From Elusimicrobiaceae bacterium (lineage in GTDB: Bacteria > Elusimicrobiota > Elusimicrobia > Elusimicrobiales > Elusimicrobiaceae), in the NCBI GenBank assembly GCA_031549165.1, contig JAVBQE010000031.1:1-52175 (forward strand): 52,175 nucleotides of DNA. The letters are read 5' to 3'. Positions within the stretch are counted from its first letter, which is position 1; every line of letters starts with the position of its first letter. The notes under the pieces are model-generated. The model was not told where the DNA came from and did not search any database. It saw only the letters and a program-made list of their open reading frames with translations. Made by a program: the position numbers and the translations under genes. Below, one piece after another: positions 8,655-17,091 of this stretch.

Positions 8655-9856
8655 ATCCATTAAGCCAAAAAGAACTTGAAAAGTATGCCTCGGTCCTCCT
8701 CTGGGCTGTAAAAAAGGCCAAACATTCCCCCTTTAAAAAGTATGACTCCGTGCTGCTGCGCTACGACGCGCTCTCCGAGCCGCTGGCGCTGGAAGTTTAC
8801 AAACTGCTTTTAAAAGAAAAATTCAACGTCGTAGCAAGAACCGCCATGAGTGAAAACTTTGCGCGGGAATTTTACATATTGTCCGACGACAAACAACTTA
8901 AGTTTAACGCCGCAGGCGAGCGTGCTTTTAACACGGGTCTAAACGCACTTATAGCCATCCGCGCGCCGCAGGACCTTACTTATTTAAAAAATACAGACCC
9001 CTCACGCCTAGCCCTCGCCGCCAAAGCAAGAAAGCCCATACGCAAAATTTTAGACGACAGAGAGCAGCAGGGCGCCTTCGGCTGGACGCTGTGTAATTAC
9101 CCTACCCCCGCCTCCGCCGCGCATGCGCGCCTGTCTTTAAAAGAATACGCCGAGCAGATAAAAAAGGCATGCTTTTTAGACGATAAAGACCCCATAAGAA
9201 AATGGGAGGAAGTGGACAGGCATACCAGAGAAATCTGCTCATGGCTTACTAAACTTAAAATGGACACGCTGCACCTGGATAGCAAAAACTGCTCTTTAAA
9301 CCTGTCTCTGGGGGAAAGCAGAATTTTCTTGGGCGGGCGCGGATGCAATATCCCCAGCTTTGAAATTTTTACCTCGCCGGATTGCCGGCGCGCAGACGGC
9401 GTTTATTTTGCAGACATGCCCTCTTACAGAAGCGGTGTTTTGTGTAAGGACATCCGCCTGGAGTTTAAAGACGGGCGCGTAATAAAGTCCAGCGCCAAAG
9501 AAGGCGCTAACTTTGTTAAAAAAATGCTGGCCATGGACGCGGGCGCAAGCCGCCTGGGCGAGTTTTCTTTGACGGACAGGCGCTTTTCCAAAATAGACCG
9601 CTTTATGGCGGACACTTTGTTTGACGAAAACTTTGGCGGCAAACACGGCAACTCGCACATAGCGCTCGGCCAAAGCTTTGCCGACGCATACTCCGGCAAC
9701 CAAAAAACTTTTGGCGCGGCGCAAAAAAAAGCCCTCGGCTTTAATGAATCCTCCTTACACTGGGATATCATTAATACCGAGGACAAAACTGTGCACGCCA
9801 AACTTAAAAACGGCAAAAAAATTTTAATCTACGAACGCGGTATTTTTAAACTTTAG
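8651..9856 (+). CDS. Aminopeptidase, M29 (thermophilic metalloprotease) family
   Basis: NIPSFEIFTSP, LGEFSL, LFDENFGG, HIALG, SSLHWDII. Confidence 0.92.
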   Translation: MNPLSQKELEKYASVLLWAVKKAKHSPFKKYDSVLLRYDALSEPLALEVYKLLLKEKFNVVARTAMSENFAREFYILSDDKQLKFNAAGERAFNTGLNALIAIRAPQDLTYLKNTDPSRLALAAKARKPIRKILDDREQQGAFGWTLCNYPTPASAAHARLSLKEYAEQIKKACFLDDKDPIRKWEEVDRHTREICSWLTKLKMDTLHLDSKNCSLNLSLGESRIFLGGRGCNIPSFEIFTSPDCRRADGVYFADMPSYRSGVLCKDIRLEFKDGRVIKSSAKEGANFVKKMLAMDAGASRLGEFSLTDRRFSKIDRFMADTLFDENFGGKHGNSHIALGQSFADAYSGNQKTFGAAQKKALGFNESSLHWDIINTEDKTVHAKLKNGKKILIYERGIFKL

Positions 9857-10184
9857 ACTGGCGCATAAGCGCGGACGTCTCGTTAACCGCGCGCAGCAAA
9901 AACCCCAGAACAAGCTTTTTATCGTCCATTTTTTCCTTTTTTAAAAGTGCGCTTATTTCGCGCTCATTCTTCTGTATCCCGTTTTCAAAAATACGGAAAA
10001 ACTCGTCCGAACAAAGCCTTTTTTTATTTTGAATGTAACAAAGCACCGTTTCCACATTATTGCACGCGCCGTTGATACACCCGCGCTCCGCGTCGTTAAA
10101 ATAATACACGCTCTGACCCACTATCCATAGGGAGTTTAGCACGTCGTGCTTATTCCAAATCTTTTTCATTTCCAGTTCTGTCAT
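9846..10184 (-). CDS. Hypothetical protein
   Basis: 112 aa ORF translationally coupled (ATGA overlap) to 10181..10417; no recognisable motif. Confidence 0.65.
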   Translation of the reverse strand: MTELEMKKIWNKHDVLNSLWIVGQSVYYFNDAERGCINGACNNVETVLCYIQNKKRLCSDEFFRIFENGIQKNEREISALLKKEKMDDKKLVLGFLLRAVNETSALMRQSKV

Positions 10185-10417
10185 AACCCTTCCTGTAAAT
10201 TAAGCAAAACATCCGTCATATAAAAAAAATACCGCCCGCCCTCCGGCGTGTGGTAAATTTCCTTCTTTTTACACTTATCCTGCAAGACACGCAGCTTGCC
10301 GTTGGAAAAACTATTATTCCTGGCGCAAACATACTCCTTAGGCGTAAGTTTAACCCTGCCCTTCATAATGTCAACAGCCTGCGTGCGTAATATCTCTTCA
10401 CTTTTTTCTAAAGCCAT
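10181..10417 (-). CDS. Small putative DNA-binding protein (excisionase/HTH_17-like)
   Basis: RBS GAGG; LTPKEY...LQDKCKKKEI...GGRYFF pattern; divergent from an XRE repressor. Confidence 0.55.
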   Translation of the reverse strand: MALEKSEEILRTQAVDIMKGRVKLTPKEYVCARNNSFSNGKLRVLQDKCKKKEIYHTPEGGRYFFYMTDVLLNLQEGL

Positions 10418-10576
10418 ACTTCGTCCTCATTCACAAAAGTTCGTTTTTTATGCTACAATAAAAAAATATGCACAAAACGTTTAATTTATGCTTTTTTAAT
10501 GTTTATTATAGCCTCAACTTAATATAGCATAAATATACCAGTTAAATAACATTATGTCAACATATCTATTTTAATT

Positions 10577-11179
10577 ATGGCAACGGGAAGAAAAATTTAC
10601 ACTGCGAGGAAGGAATTAAACCTCACCCAAAAGCAGCTGGCAGAAAAAATAGGCCAGCCGGCTTCTGTCGTCGCGCGCTGGGAAGGCGGGCGCTTTAACC
10701 CGTCTGCCAAAAACATGGAAGATTTGGCGCGCGTTTTAAACAAGCCTTACAAATACTTTTACGAGGAAGAAAGCGTGTTCCACACGCCTAACAGTATGGC
10801 AGGCAAAACTGTAGTAAAAGACATGCTGATGCACGAAATATACGCAGAGCCGCCGTCTGCCGGGCTTATCAAAAATGCAGAGGTGCTTTTTCTAAGTTCC
10901 GCCGCGCCAAAGCCGCCATTTATAATAGAAGCAAGAGACAACTCCTACGCGCCGGACTTTGTGCTTACGGACACCCTGCACATAATCCCCGCGCACGGCA
11001 CCGCAGAACTAATCAGTGGCAGGTACTACCTGCTGCAAATAGAAAACAATTATCAAATCTTTAAAGTACAAAAAGATAAAGAAGCGCTTACGCTAAGTAT
11101 CGCCGCCAAAAAACTAAAACTCCCCGCCGCCAAAACCAAAGTAATAGGCCGGGTAGCCTTCGTCAAAAAAATATTGTAA
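10577..11179 (+). CDS. XRE-family HTH repressor with C-terminal S24 peptidase-like domain (CI/LexA-like)
   Basis: ARKELNLTQKQLAEKIG...RWEGG HTH; SAG possible cleavage site, DNSYAP (Ser), IFKV (Lys), VIGRV end. Confidence 0.85.
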   Translation: MATGRKIYTARKELNLTQKQLAEKIGQPASVVARWEGGRFNPSAKNMEDLARVLNKPYKYFYEEESVFHTPNSMAGKTVVKDMLMHEIYAEPPSAGLIKNAEVLFLSSAAPKPPFIIEARDNSYAPDFVLTDTLHIIPAHGTAELISGRYYLLQIENNYQIFKVQKDKEALTLSIAAKKLKLPAAKTKVIGRVAFVKKIL

Positions 11180-11211
11180 ACAAATCCTTTTCTAAGAAGT
11201 AAACAACGACG

Positions 11212-11244
11212 AATGTAACAAGGGGACTGTCCCCTTGTTACATT
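11212..11244. repeat. Perfect palindrome, 16-bp arms, 1-nt centre
   Basis: AATGTAACAAGGGGAC-T-GTCCCCTTGTTACATT. Confidence 0.9.
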
Positions 11245-11314
11245 ACACCTCACCCAACCCCAAGAAGGCCCGGCGAGCAAAAAACATTTGAGCAGTAGAA
11301 AAGCGCATTCCTTC

Positions 11315-11550
11315 ATAAAGATGTGCAGCCAAAGCGAAGCCCCGCACAAAACGAAGCAAGCCCATGCCGTTACATAAGTTGCGCGAACGAAGTGAGCGCC
11401 GCACGCAGCGAAGCAAGTGCAGCTCACAGGATTTTGTGCAGAATTTACACTTTCTCCGATGGCAGAGCGTACACTCGTGTACGCCTCCTTAAGGAAAAAT
11501 GGAAATTCGGCCAAAAGCCGAAGAGCCATCCGCGAGCGGAGCGAGCGCCA
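11315..11550. repeat. Long RPE-1-like palindromic element with a partially duplicated left end
   Basis: ATGCCGTTA...GCTCACAGGATTTT...GAGCGTAC-n-GTACG...GAAGAGCCA; homologous to 25268 and 42062. Confidence 0.88.
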
Positions 11551-11567
11551 TTAATAAAAGTAACTCT

Positions 11568-11600
11568 ATGTTAATAAGTGACCGGGTCACTTATTAACAT
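11568..11600. repeat. Perfect palindrome, 16-bp arms, 1-nt centre
   Basis: ATGTTAATAAGTGACC-G-GGTCACTTATTAACAT. Confidence 0.9.
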
Positions 11601-11619
11601 GGGTCCTCCACAATCCCAT

Positions 11620-11651
11620 AAAAAAGCCTCCGCAATTGCGGAGGCTTTTTT
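11620..11651. terminator. Bidirectional intrinsic terminator
   Basis: AAAAAAGCCTCCGCAATTGCGGAGGCTTTTTT just after the SPFH stop. Confidence 0.88.
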
Positions 11652-11662
11652 GATTACTCAAT

Positions 11663-12598
11663 CTATTTAGTATTTCCTACAAATATATTAGGTATCCCGC
11701 CGTCTTTACCAGTTACTAATGTATTAGGCAGTTTCCCGTCCCACTTATCTACCATGTTAAGAGAAACAATCTCTTTATTGGCCTTAAGCGCATTACCCTT
11801 AAGGTTAAGCGCTTCCGCCTCAGCCTTAGCGCGGATAATCTGTGTTTCGGCGTCAATCCTGGCCTGTTGCTGCTCAAACTTTGCTCTCTCCGCCTTCTGC
11901 TCCTGCACCATTTTTTCTTCAATGGCTTTTTCAAGCATGTCGGACAAGTCTATATTTTCTATAACAACATCTTCAATAACGTAGACATTATATTGTTTAA
12001 TGCGCGCGCTCAAAATTTCGGTAATTCTTGCACGCACCTCGTCTCTGGACTTTACTAATTTTTCCGCTGTATATTTAGCGGAAACTTCTTTAATAGTGTC
12101 GCTTAACTGCGGCATTAAAATAGTGTCTGACAGAGAATCCCTGTAATCAACCACCACGCTTACCACTCTTTCCGGTATAACGCGGCCGACGACATTGACG
12201 TTCATCACCACGCTCTGCAGATCCTGCGAGAAAGCGGTGGTTTTAAGGCCGTACTTATAGTTGGCGGTTTTAATTCTGTAAACGTCGCTGATATAAGGCA
12301 TAACTAGGCTGATGCCCGGCTTAAGCGGCTGCTCTTTGGCTTTACCCAATACTACGACTACGCCGCGCTCATTAGGCTGTATTACCACGATGGCGCTGGA
12401 TATCATGCCTATTACAAAAAGTACAACTACTATTAAAACTATAAGTTTGATTTTTTTAACTAAGTCCATTTTTTCTCCTGTGTTATTTGTATTAAATTCC
12501 CTACGCGGCATTTTGCTTTTGAAAAAAGAAAATACTTTGTCTAAATCTATCTTAAATCCTGGTGCAGTATTCCTTCGGCCGCCGCTCACTTTTTTCAT
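11663..12598 (-). CDS. SPFH/prohibitin (band 7) family membrane protein
   Basis: TM followed by IQPNERGVVV..G, SQDLQSV, KYTAEKLV, AIEEK..QEQ coiled coil, KWDGKLP; alternative start at 12469 has RBS AGGAG. Confidence 0.9.
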   Translation of the reverse strand: MKKVSGGRRNTAPGFKIDLDKVFSFFKSKMPRREFNTNNTGEKMDLVKKIKLIVLIVVVLFVIGMISSAIVVIQPNERGVVVVLGKAKEQPLKPGISLVMPYISDVYRIKTANYKYGLKTTAFSQDLQSVVMNVNVVGRVIPERVVSVVVDYRDSLSDTILMPQLSDTIKEVSAKYTAEKLVKSRDEVRARITEILSARIKQYNVYVIEDVVIENIDLSDMLEKAIEEKMVQEQKAERAKFEQQQARIDAETQIIRAKAEAEALNLKGNALKANKEIVSLNMVDKWDGKLPNTLVTGKDGGIPNIFVGNTK

Positions 12599-12608
12599 TA
12601 TGTTTATT

Positions 12609-15600
12609 TTATAAAAATTTAAGCACACTTTCCACAAAAACCACTGCGTCAGACGTTAAATTTTTTATTCTAAGCCCATCGCCCTTCGGGTTTGGTAAAA
12701 ATTTAATATTGTTCGCGCCGTATTTTTCAAATAATTTGTTTGTCATACCGTCGGGCAGTTTAGCGTGTTTTACAAAATATATTTCGGCAAATTCTTTAGT
12801 TATTTCTACATGTCTTATATTTTTAAGGCCGGCATTATAAGACATCAGCGTCACGCGCGCGAGCATTTTCACTTCCTCGGGCAGCGGGCCGCAGAAGGCG
12901 GCCAGGCGGTCCAGAATTTTAACCGTTTTATTTTCGTCCGCGTTCATCAGTTCCTTATAATAGCGCAAACGCTCGTTATCATCCGGCAAATAGTCCGGCG
13001 GAATAAATGCAGCAAAAGGCACATTTACCGTCGCGTTAATTTTGCGTTCCACAGGTATGCCTTTTAATTTTTTAACTTCATTAGCCACTAAATCCACATA
13101 CATGCTTAAGCCCACTTCGGAGGCGAACCCGTGCTGTTTTACACCCAGCAATTCACCCGCGCCGCGGATTTCCATATCGCGTAACGCAAGCTTAAAGCCG
13201 CTGCCAAGCTCGCTAAATTCAGACAGCGCGCTTAGGCGTTTTTTTGCTTCTTCCGTAGGGTCCTTTTCGTCTTTGCGTTTTTTGGTAAACGCCAAAAGCT
13301 CTTCGTAGGAATCTTCTTTTTCTTTTTTTTCTTTAAACAGCCAGTCCGGGTGGAAGAGATAGCAGAACGCCTTTTTGTCCCCCCTGCCGATGCGCCCGCG
13401 CAGCTGGTACATTTGCGCCAGCCCAAAGTCCTGCGCCTGCTCAATTATCAAGGTGTTGGCATTAGTAACGTCCAGCCCGTTTTCTATTATTGTGGAGGCG
13501 AGAAGAATGTCATATTTTTTATTATAAAAATCCCAGAGCGCTTGCTCAAGGTCAGTCTCTTTCATCTGCCCGTGCGCCATACATATTTTGGCCTCTGGCA
13601 CTAAGCCTTGCAAAAACGCCATGCGCGTGGCCATTGTCTGCACGCGGTTGTAGACGTAGAAAATTTGCCCGCCGCGCGCTATTTCCTGGCGCACAGCGTT
13701 GGCGCACACTTCTTCATTCCACGGCATAACCACGGTTTTAATAGGCATGCGGCCCTGCGGCGGCGTTTCAATTACAGACAAATCTTTAAGGCTGGAGAGG
13801 CTTTGGTTAAGCGTGCGCGGTATCGGCGTGGCGCTAAGGAAAAGCGTGTGCACGCCTTTACATTTGGCTTTAATTTTTTCTTTCTGTTTAACGCCGAAGC
13901 GGTGCTCCTCGTCTATAATAACAAGGCCTAAGTTTTTACAATTTATATCTTTAGAAAGCAGGCGGTGCGTGCCCACCACAATCTCGGCCCGGCCGTCGTT
14001 AATTTTGTCCACCACTATTTTTTGTTCAAACTTTGTTTGGAAGCGGCATAGCATGTCCACCTGGACGGGAAAACCGGCAAGGCGCTTAGAAAATGTTTTG
14101 TAATGCTGCGCCGCTAACACGGTGGTGGGCACTAAAACAAGTGTTTGCGTGCCGCTTAAGGCTGAGCGCAGCGCAGCGCGCATAGCCACTTCTGTTTTGC
14201 CAAAGCCCACGTCTCCCACCAGCACGCGCTCCATAGATTTTTGTTTGGTTAAATCTTCCAAAATTTCGGTGATAGCTTGTTCCTGGTCCGGCGTTTCTAC
14301 GTAGGGAAATGAGGCCGCAAATTCGCTTTCAATATGGCTGTCTCCCTCTAAAGCGGGCGCGGCGGAAGCCGCGCGCTCAGCTTCAAACTTTAAAATTTCT
14401 TCTGCATTTTGACGCGCGTTTTCTTTTACTCTTTGTTTAGTTTCTTTCCATGTTACACCGCCGAGTGAGGAGAGGCTGGGCGCTTTGCCTTTGAGTCCTA
14501 TGTACTTTTGTACTTTAGTAAAGTCCTGCACGGGCACGTAGAGGCGGCTGCCTTTTTTAAATTCAACAAGCAGGCAGTCAGTAGGCGTGTCGCCCTCCAA
14601 AACTTTTAGCCCTAAATATTTGCCTATGCCGTGCGTTTGGTGGACGATATAATCGCCCGCCACAAGGTCCTTAAAGTGCACACGCTTAGTGCCCTCAATA
14701 TCAAAGTTTTTTACAAGCGTGGAGGTGCGGTACTGGCGGTTTAAAATTTCAGAAGAGGTGATGTGCGCTATTTTTTTATTTACGTCGTAAAACCCTTGCG
14801 TTACGGGCGCTATTTTAAAGTTCACTTTGCTTATGCCTTCAGCGACGAACATCTCTGTCATTCTGTCCAGCTCGCCGCGGTTTAGGCAGTAGATTGTGAT
14901 GTTGTAGCCTTGTTCTTTAAGAGAAGAAATTTCCTTTTTAACAAGCGCCATGTTGGCGTTAAACTTAATGTTGGCGCGAAGGCCCGCGTCCACGGCAGAC
15001 GGCAGCGTCGGGAAAACAAGGTCTGCGCCCGTCTCATCATCCGGCTCGTCAAAAATAACTGATGCATTAAAATAGTCATGCAAAGTGTGCGGCGTGTGGG
15101 TGAATGTGAGCGGTATGATGAGTGCACTGTCCTTAAACCCGCGCGGCTCCTGCGTGTCAATTTCAAAGGCGGAAATGGTTTCTATTTTGTTGCCGGAAAA
15201 GTAAAGCCTGAGCGGGTGGTCCTCGTTAAGGCAAAAAATGTCCAGCACGCTGCCGCGCACGGCAAACTCCCCGTGCGCCTCGGTAAAATCCACGCGCGTG
15301 TAGCCTGCGTTATGCAAAAAATCTATCAGCGCGCCGCGCCCGATGGTGTCCCCCGCACGCACCTCGCGCACGGCGGAGAGGAACACGTGCCGCTCCGGCA
15401 GAGGCACAAGCAGGTCTTCATAAGTGGAGCAAAGCGCGACTGGTGTTTTAGCGGAAGCTATTTTATAAAGCGCCAGTGGAAGCACTGTTTTGTCAGATGT
15501 AAACAGCACGCTTTCGCACTTTGTACCTTCGGCCCAGGTGTTGAATGCGTCAAGGAACACTTCCAAATTTTCTTCTTCTTTAGACACAAACAAAAACGCA

Positions 15601-15680
15601 CTGCCGTGAGCAGTGTACTTATCAAACAAGAAATGGGCCTTAGCCCCAAAGTTGGGCAGGCCTGAAATATGTTGCGTCAT
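12609..15680 (-). CDS. mfd: Transcription-repair coupling factor Mfd
   Basis: GEFAVRG UvrB-like region, RID (VHQTHGIGKY), GDVGFGKT, DEEH, SATPIPRT, QLRGRIGR, RDMEIRGAG TRG motif. Confidence 0.96.
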   Translation of the reverse strand: MTQHISGLPNFGAKAHFLFDKYTAHGSAFLFVSKEEENLEVFLDAFNTWAEGTKCESVLFTSDKTVLPLALYKIASAKTPVALCSTYEDLLVPLPERHVFLSAVREVRAGDTIGRGALIDFLHNAGYTRVDFTEAHGEFAVRGSVLDIFCLNEDHPLRLYFSGNKIETISAFEIDTQEPRGFKDSALIIPLTFTHTPHTLHDYFNASVIFDEPDDETGADLVFPTLPSAVDAGLRANIKFNANMALVKKEISSLKEQGYNITIYCLNRGELDRMTEMFVAEGISKVNFKIAPVTQGFYDVNKKIAHITSSEILNRQYRTSTLVKNFDIEGTKRVHFKDLVAGDYIVHQTHGIGKYLGLKVLEGDTPTDCLLVEFKKGSRLYVPVQDFTKVQKYIGLKGKAPSLSSLGGVTWKETKQRVKENARQNAEEILKFEAERAASAAPALEGDSHIESEFAASFPYVETPDQEQAITEILEDLTKQKSMERVLVGDVGFGKTEVAMRAALRSALSGTQTLVLVPTTVLAAQHYKTFSKRLAGFPVQVDMLCRFQTKFEQKIVVDKINDGRAEIVVGTHRLLSKDINCKNLGLVIIDEEHRFGVKQKEKIKAKCKGVHTLFLSATPIPRTLNQSLSSLKDLSVIETPPQGRMPIKTVVMPWNEEVCANAVRQEIARGGQIFYVYNRVQTMATRMAFLQGLVPEAKICMAHGQMKETDLEQALWDFYNKKYDILLASTIIENGLDVTNANTLIIEQAQDFGLAQMYQLRGRIGRGDKKAFCYLFHPDWLFKEKKEKEDSYEELLAFTKKRKDEKDPTEEAKKRLSALSEFSELGSGFKLALRDMEIRGAGELLGVKQHGFASEVGLSMYVDLVANEVKKLKGIPVERKINATVNVPFAAFIPPDYLPDDNERLRYYKELMNADENKTVKILDRLAAFCGPLPEEVKMLARVTLMSYNAGLKNIRHVEITKEFAEIYFVKHAKLPDGMTNKLFEKYGANNIKFLPNPKGDGLRIKNLTSDAVVFVESVLKFL

Positions 15681-15697
15681 ACATACATTTTACCATT

Positions 15698-15727
15698 AAA
15701 AAAGCGCCCTGTTGAGGGCGCTTTTTT
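15698..15727 (-). terminator. Intrinsic terminator of the 15743..16798 gene
   Basis: AAAAAAGCGCCCT-GTTG-AGGGCGCTTTTTT. Confidence 0.85.
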
Positions 15728-15742
15728 ATAATTAGTTTTTAT

Positions 15743-16798
15743 TTATTTCTGGAATAATATTTTTTCTGCTTTGTAAACATTCTGGCCTTTGACTTTAAGG
15801 TTATCCTGTGCGATAACAGGAATTTCAGCTTCAAAAGGTTTGAAGTTTTTAGAATCTTCTGCAAATTTAGCTTTCATTGCAACGCTGGCCGCTTTATCAA
15901 AGGGCACTAAATGCTTAGCGGCGATTGCAAAGTAGCTGCTGTTTTTCTGCTGCTCTTTAGGCAGCACGGCAAACTCATTATTTATCTCCTCAAAAGGAAT
16001 GATGGAATATTTAGAGGCAATCGCAGTGACAGTAATATAATCATCCATATATTTTTCCATGTAAGGATGTTTTAGAAACATCTGCTGCAAATTCCATGTA
16101 TGAACATCTGTTTCTGTAGCACCCGGATTAGCAAATAGAGAGGGCTTTTCCTCCAGCATTGCAACGCGCTCATCCATCGTAACAACCGGTTGGTTGAAAT
16201 AAGAGTATTCAACGCTGCTTGAAAATAATATCTGGGCGGCAATCACTAAAACTCCGCCAAGAGTAAAGAATAATTTATTTTTTGTTGCAGCTGTACCTCT
16301 CAGATGAAGCTTCCAGCCGCTGTCAAACCAGTCTGCCCCTATCAAAGGGGTGATTTTTGAAAACCTTGCAAAGTCTGACAGCGCCCATAAAAACGCTCCG
16401 CCAATAGGAATAGACTCAAAAATAAGGATTCCCTGCCTTTCCCCTGCATCTCTATCTTGCAAAGTAATATGGGCCCAAACGTCGCCTGCTTTATCACCTA
16501 CAGAATTAAAAAAGGCATTTCTCTTAGATTTTTTTAAATCGGAAGCGGCTTTATCTTCAGCTTCGTCTTTAGAAAAACCTTCCCCTATATAAAAGTCATA
16601 AAACATTTTATAATCTGCGGAATCCCTTTCTAATTGCAATCTAAGTTTCTGCTGGTTTTCTTTGACCGCCAGTTCCTTGGCGGTTATCTCCTCTCTACGT
16701 TTTTGCAAAACATCACGAGCCTCGCGAGTCTGTGCAAAAGCAGTATTAGAATTAACTAATAATATTGCCGCCAGTAACATTGATGTCAGTTTTTTCAT
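15743..16798 (-). CDS. Secreted/membrane hypothetical protein
   Basis: Strong RBS AAGGAGG, signal peptide, coiled coil, two hydrophobic segments; loosely similar to 36942..38192. Confidence 0.85.
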   Translation of the reverse strand: MKKLTSMLLAAILLVNSNTAFAQTREARDVLQKRREEITAKELAVKENQQKLRLQLERDSADYKMFYDFYIGEGFSKDEAEDKAASDLKKSKRNAFFNSVGDKAGDVWAHITLQDRDAGERQGILIFESIPIGGAFLWALSDFARFSKITPLIGADWFDSGWKLHLRGTAATKNKLFFTLGGVLVIAAQILFSSSVEYSYFNQPVVTMDERVAMLEEKPSLFANPGATETDVHTWNLQQMFLKHPYMEKYMDDYITVTAIASKYSIIPFEEINNEFAVLPKEQQKNSSYFAIAAKHLVPFDKAASVAMKAKFAEDSKNFKPFEAEIPVIAQDNLKVKGQNVYKAEKILFQK

Positions 16799-16855
16799 AA
16801 CTCCTCCTTAAGAAGTTCTACTCTTAATAACAGTATAGATAGATAGATAAGAGCA

Positions 16856-16918
16856 AGGGACTTTAGACCTATATCATTATGTTCTTTAGGCCCAGGCCCA
16901 TCTGGGCCTTTTGGTCCA
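16856..16918 (-). promoter_or_regulatory. Pair of 16-bp quasi-palindromic boxes upstream of a secreted orphan
   Basis: Minus strand TGGACCAAAAGGCCCA (16918-16903) and TAGGTCTAAAGTCCCT (16871-16856), then TATACT; same layout at 35318-35381. Confidence 0.6.
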
Positions 16919-16931
16919 AAAGAAAGGAGTC

Positions 16932-16962
16932 TGACACAATGGGGTCAGACCCCATTGTGTCA
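16932..16962. repeat. Perfect palindrome, 15-bp arms, 1-nt centre
   Basis: TGACACAATGGGGTC-A-GACCCCATTGTGTCA. Confidence 0.9.
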
Positions 16963-17091
16963 TTTAATGCCAGGCCTACATTGTTCGCTGTAAAATTTAC
17001 CAGAGGAACCGTCTCCATGCTAAATTTGGCGTGCTGAAGACTATAGATCAGCCTTTATCATCAGGGCTTTGTTTTTTGCTAGTATTATAGT

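Noticed and set aside
11053-11574. ORFs 11053..11529 and 11323..11574, and similar ORFs at 22657..22914, 25215..25460 and 42057..42260
   Set aside because: They are translations of the long palindromic elements. Shared peptides such as LALRLLAEF reflect repeat homology, not a protein family.
9846-11600. Prophage or integrative element
   Set aside because: I found no integrase, att-like direct repeats, tRNA target, replication genes or structural genes; only the switch module is reported.
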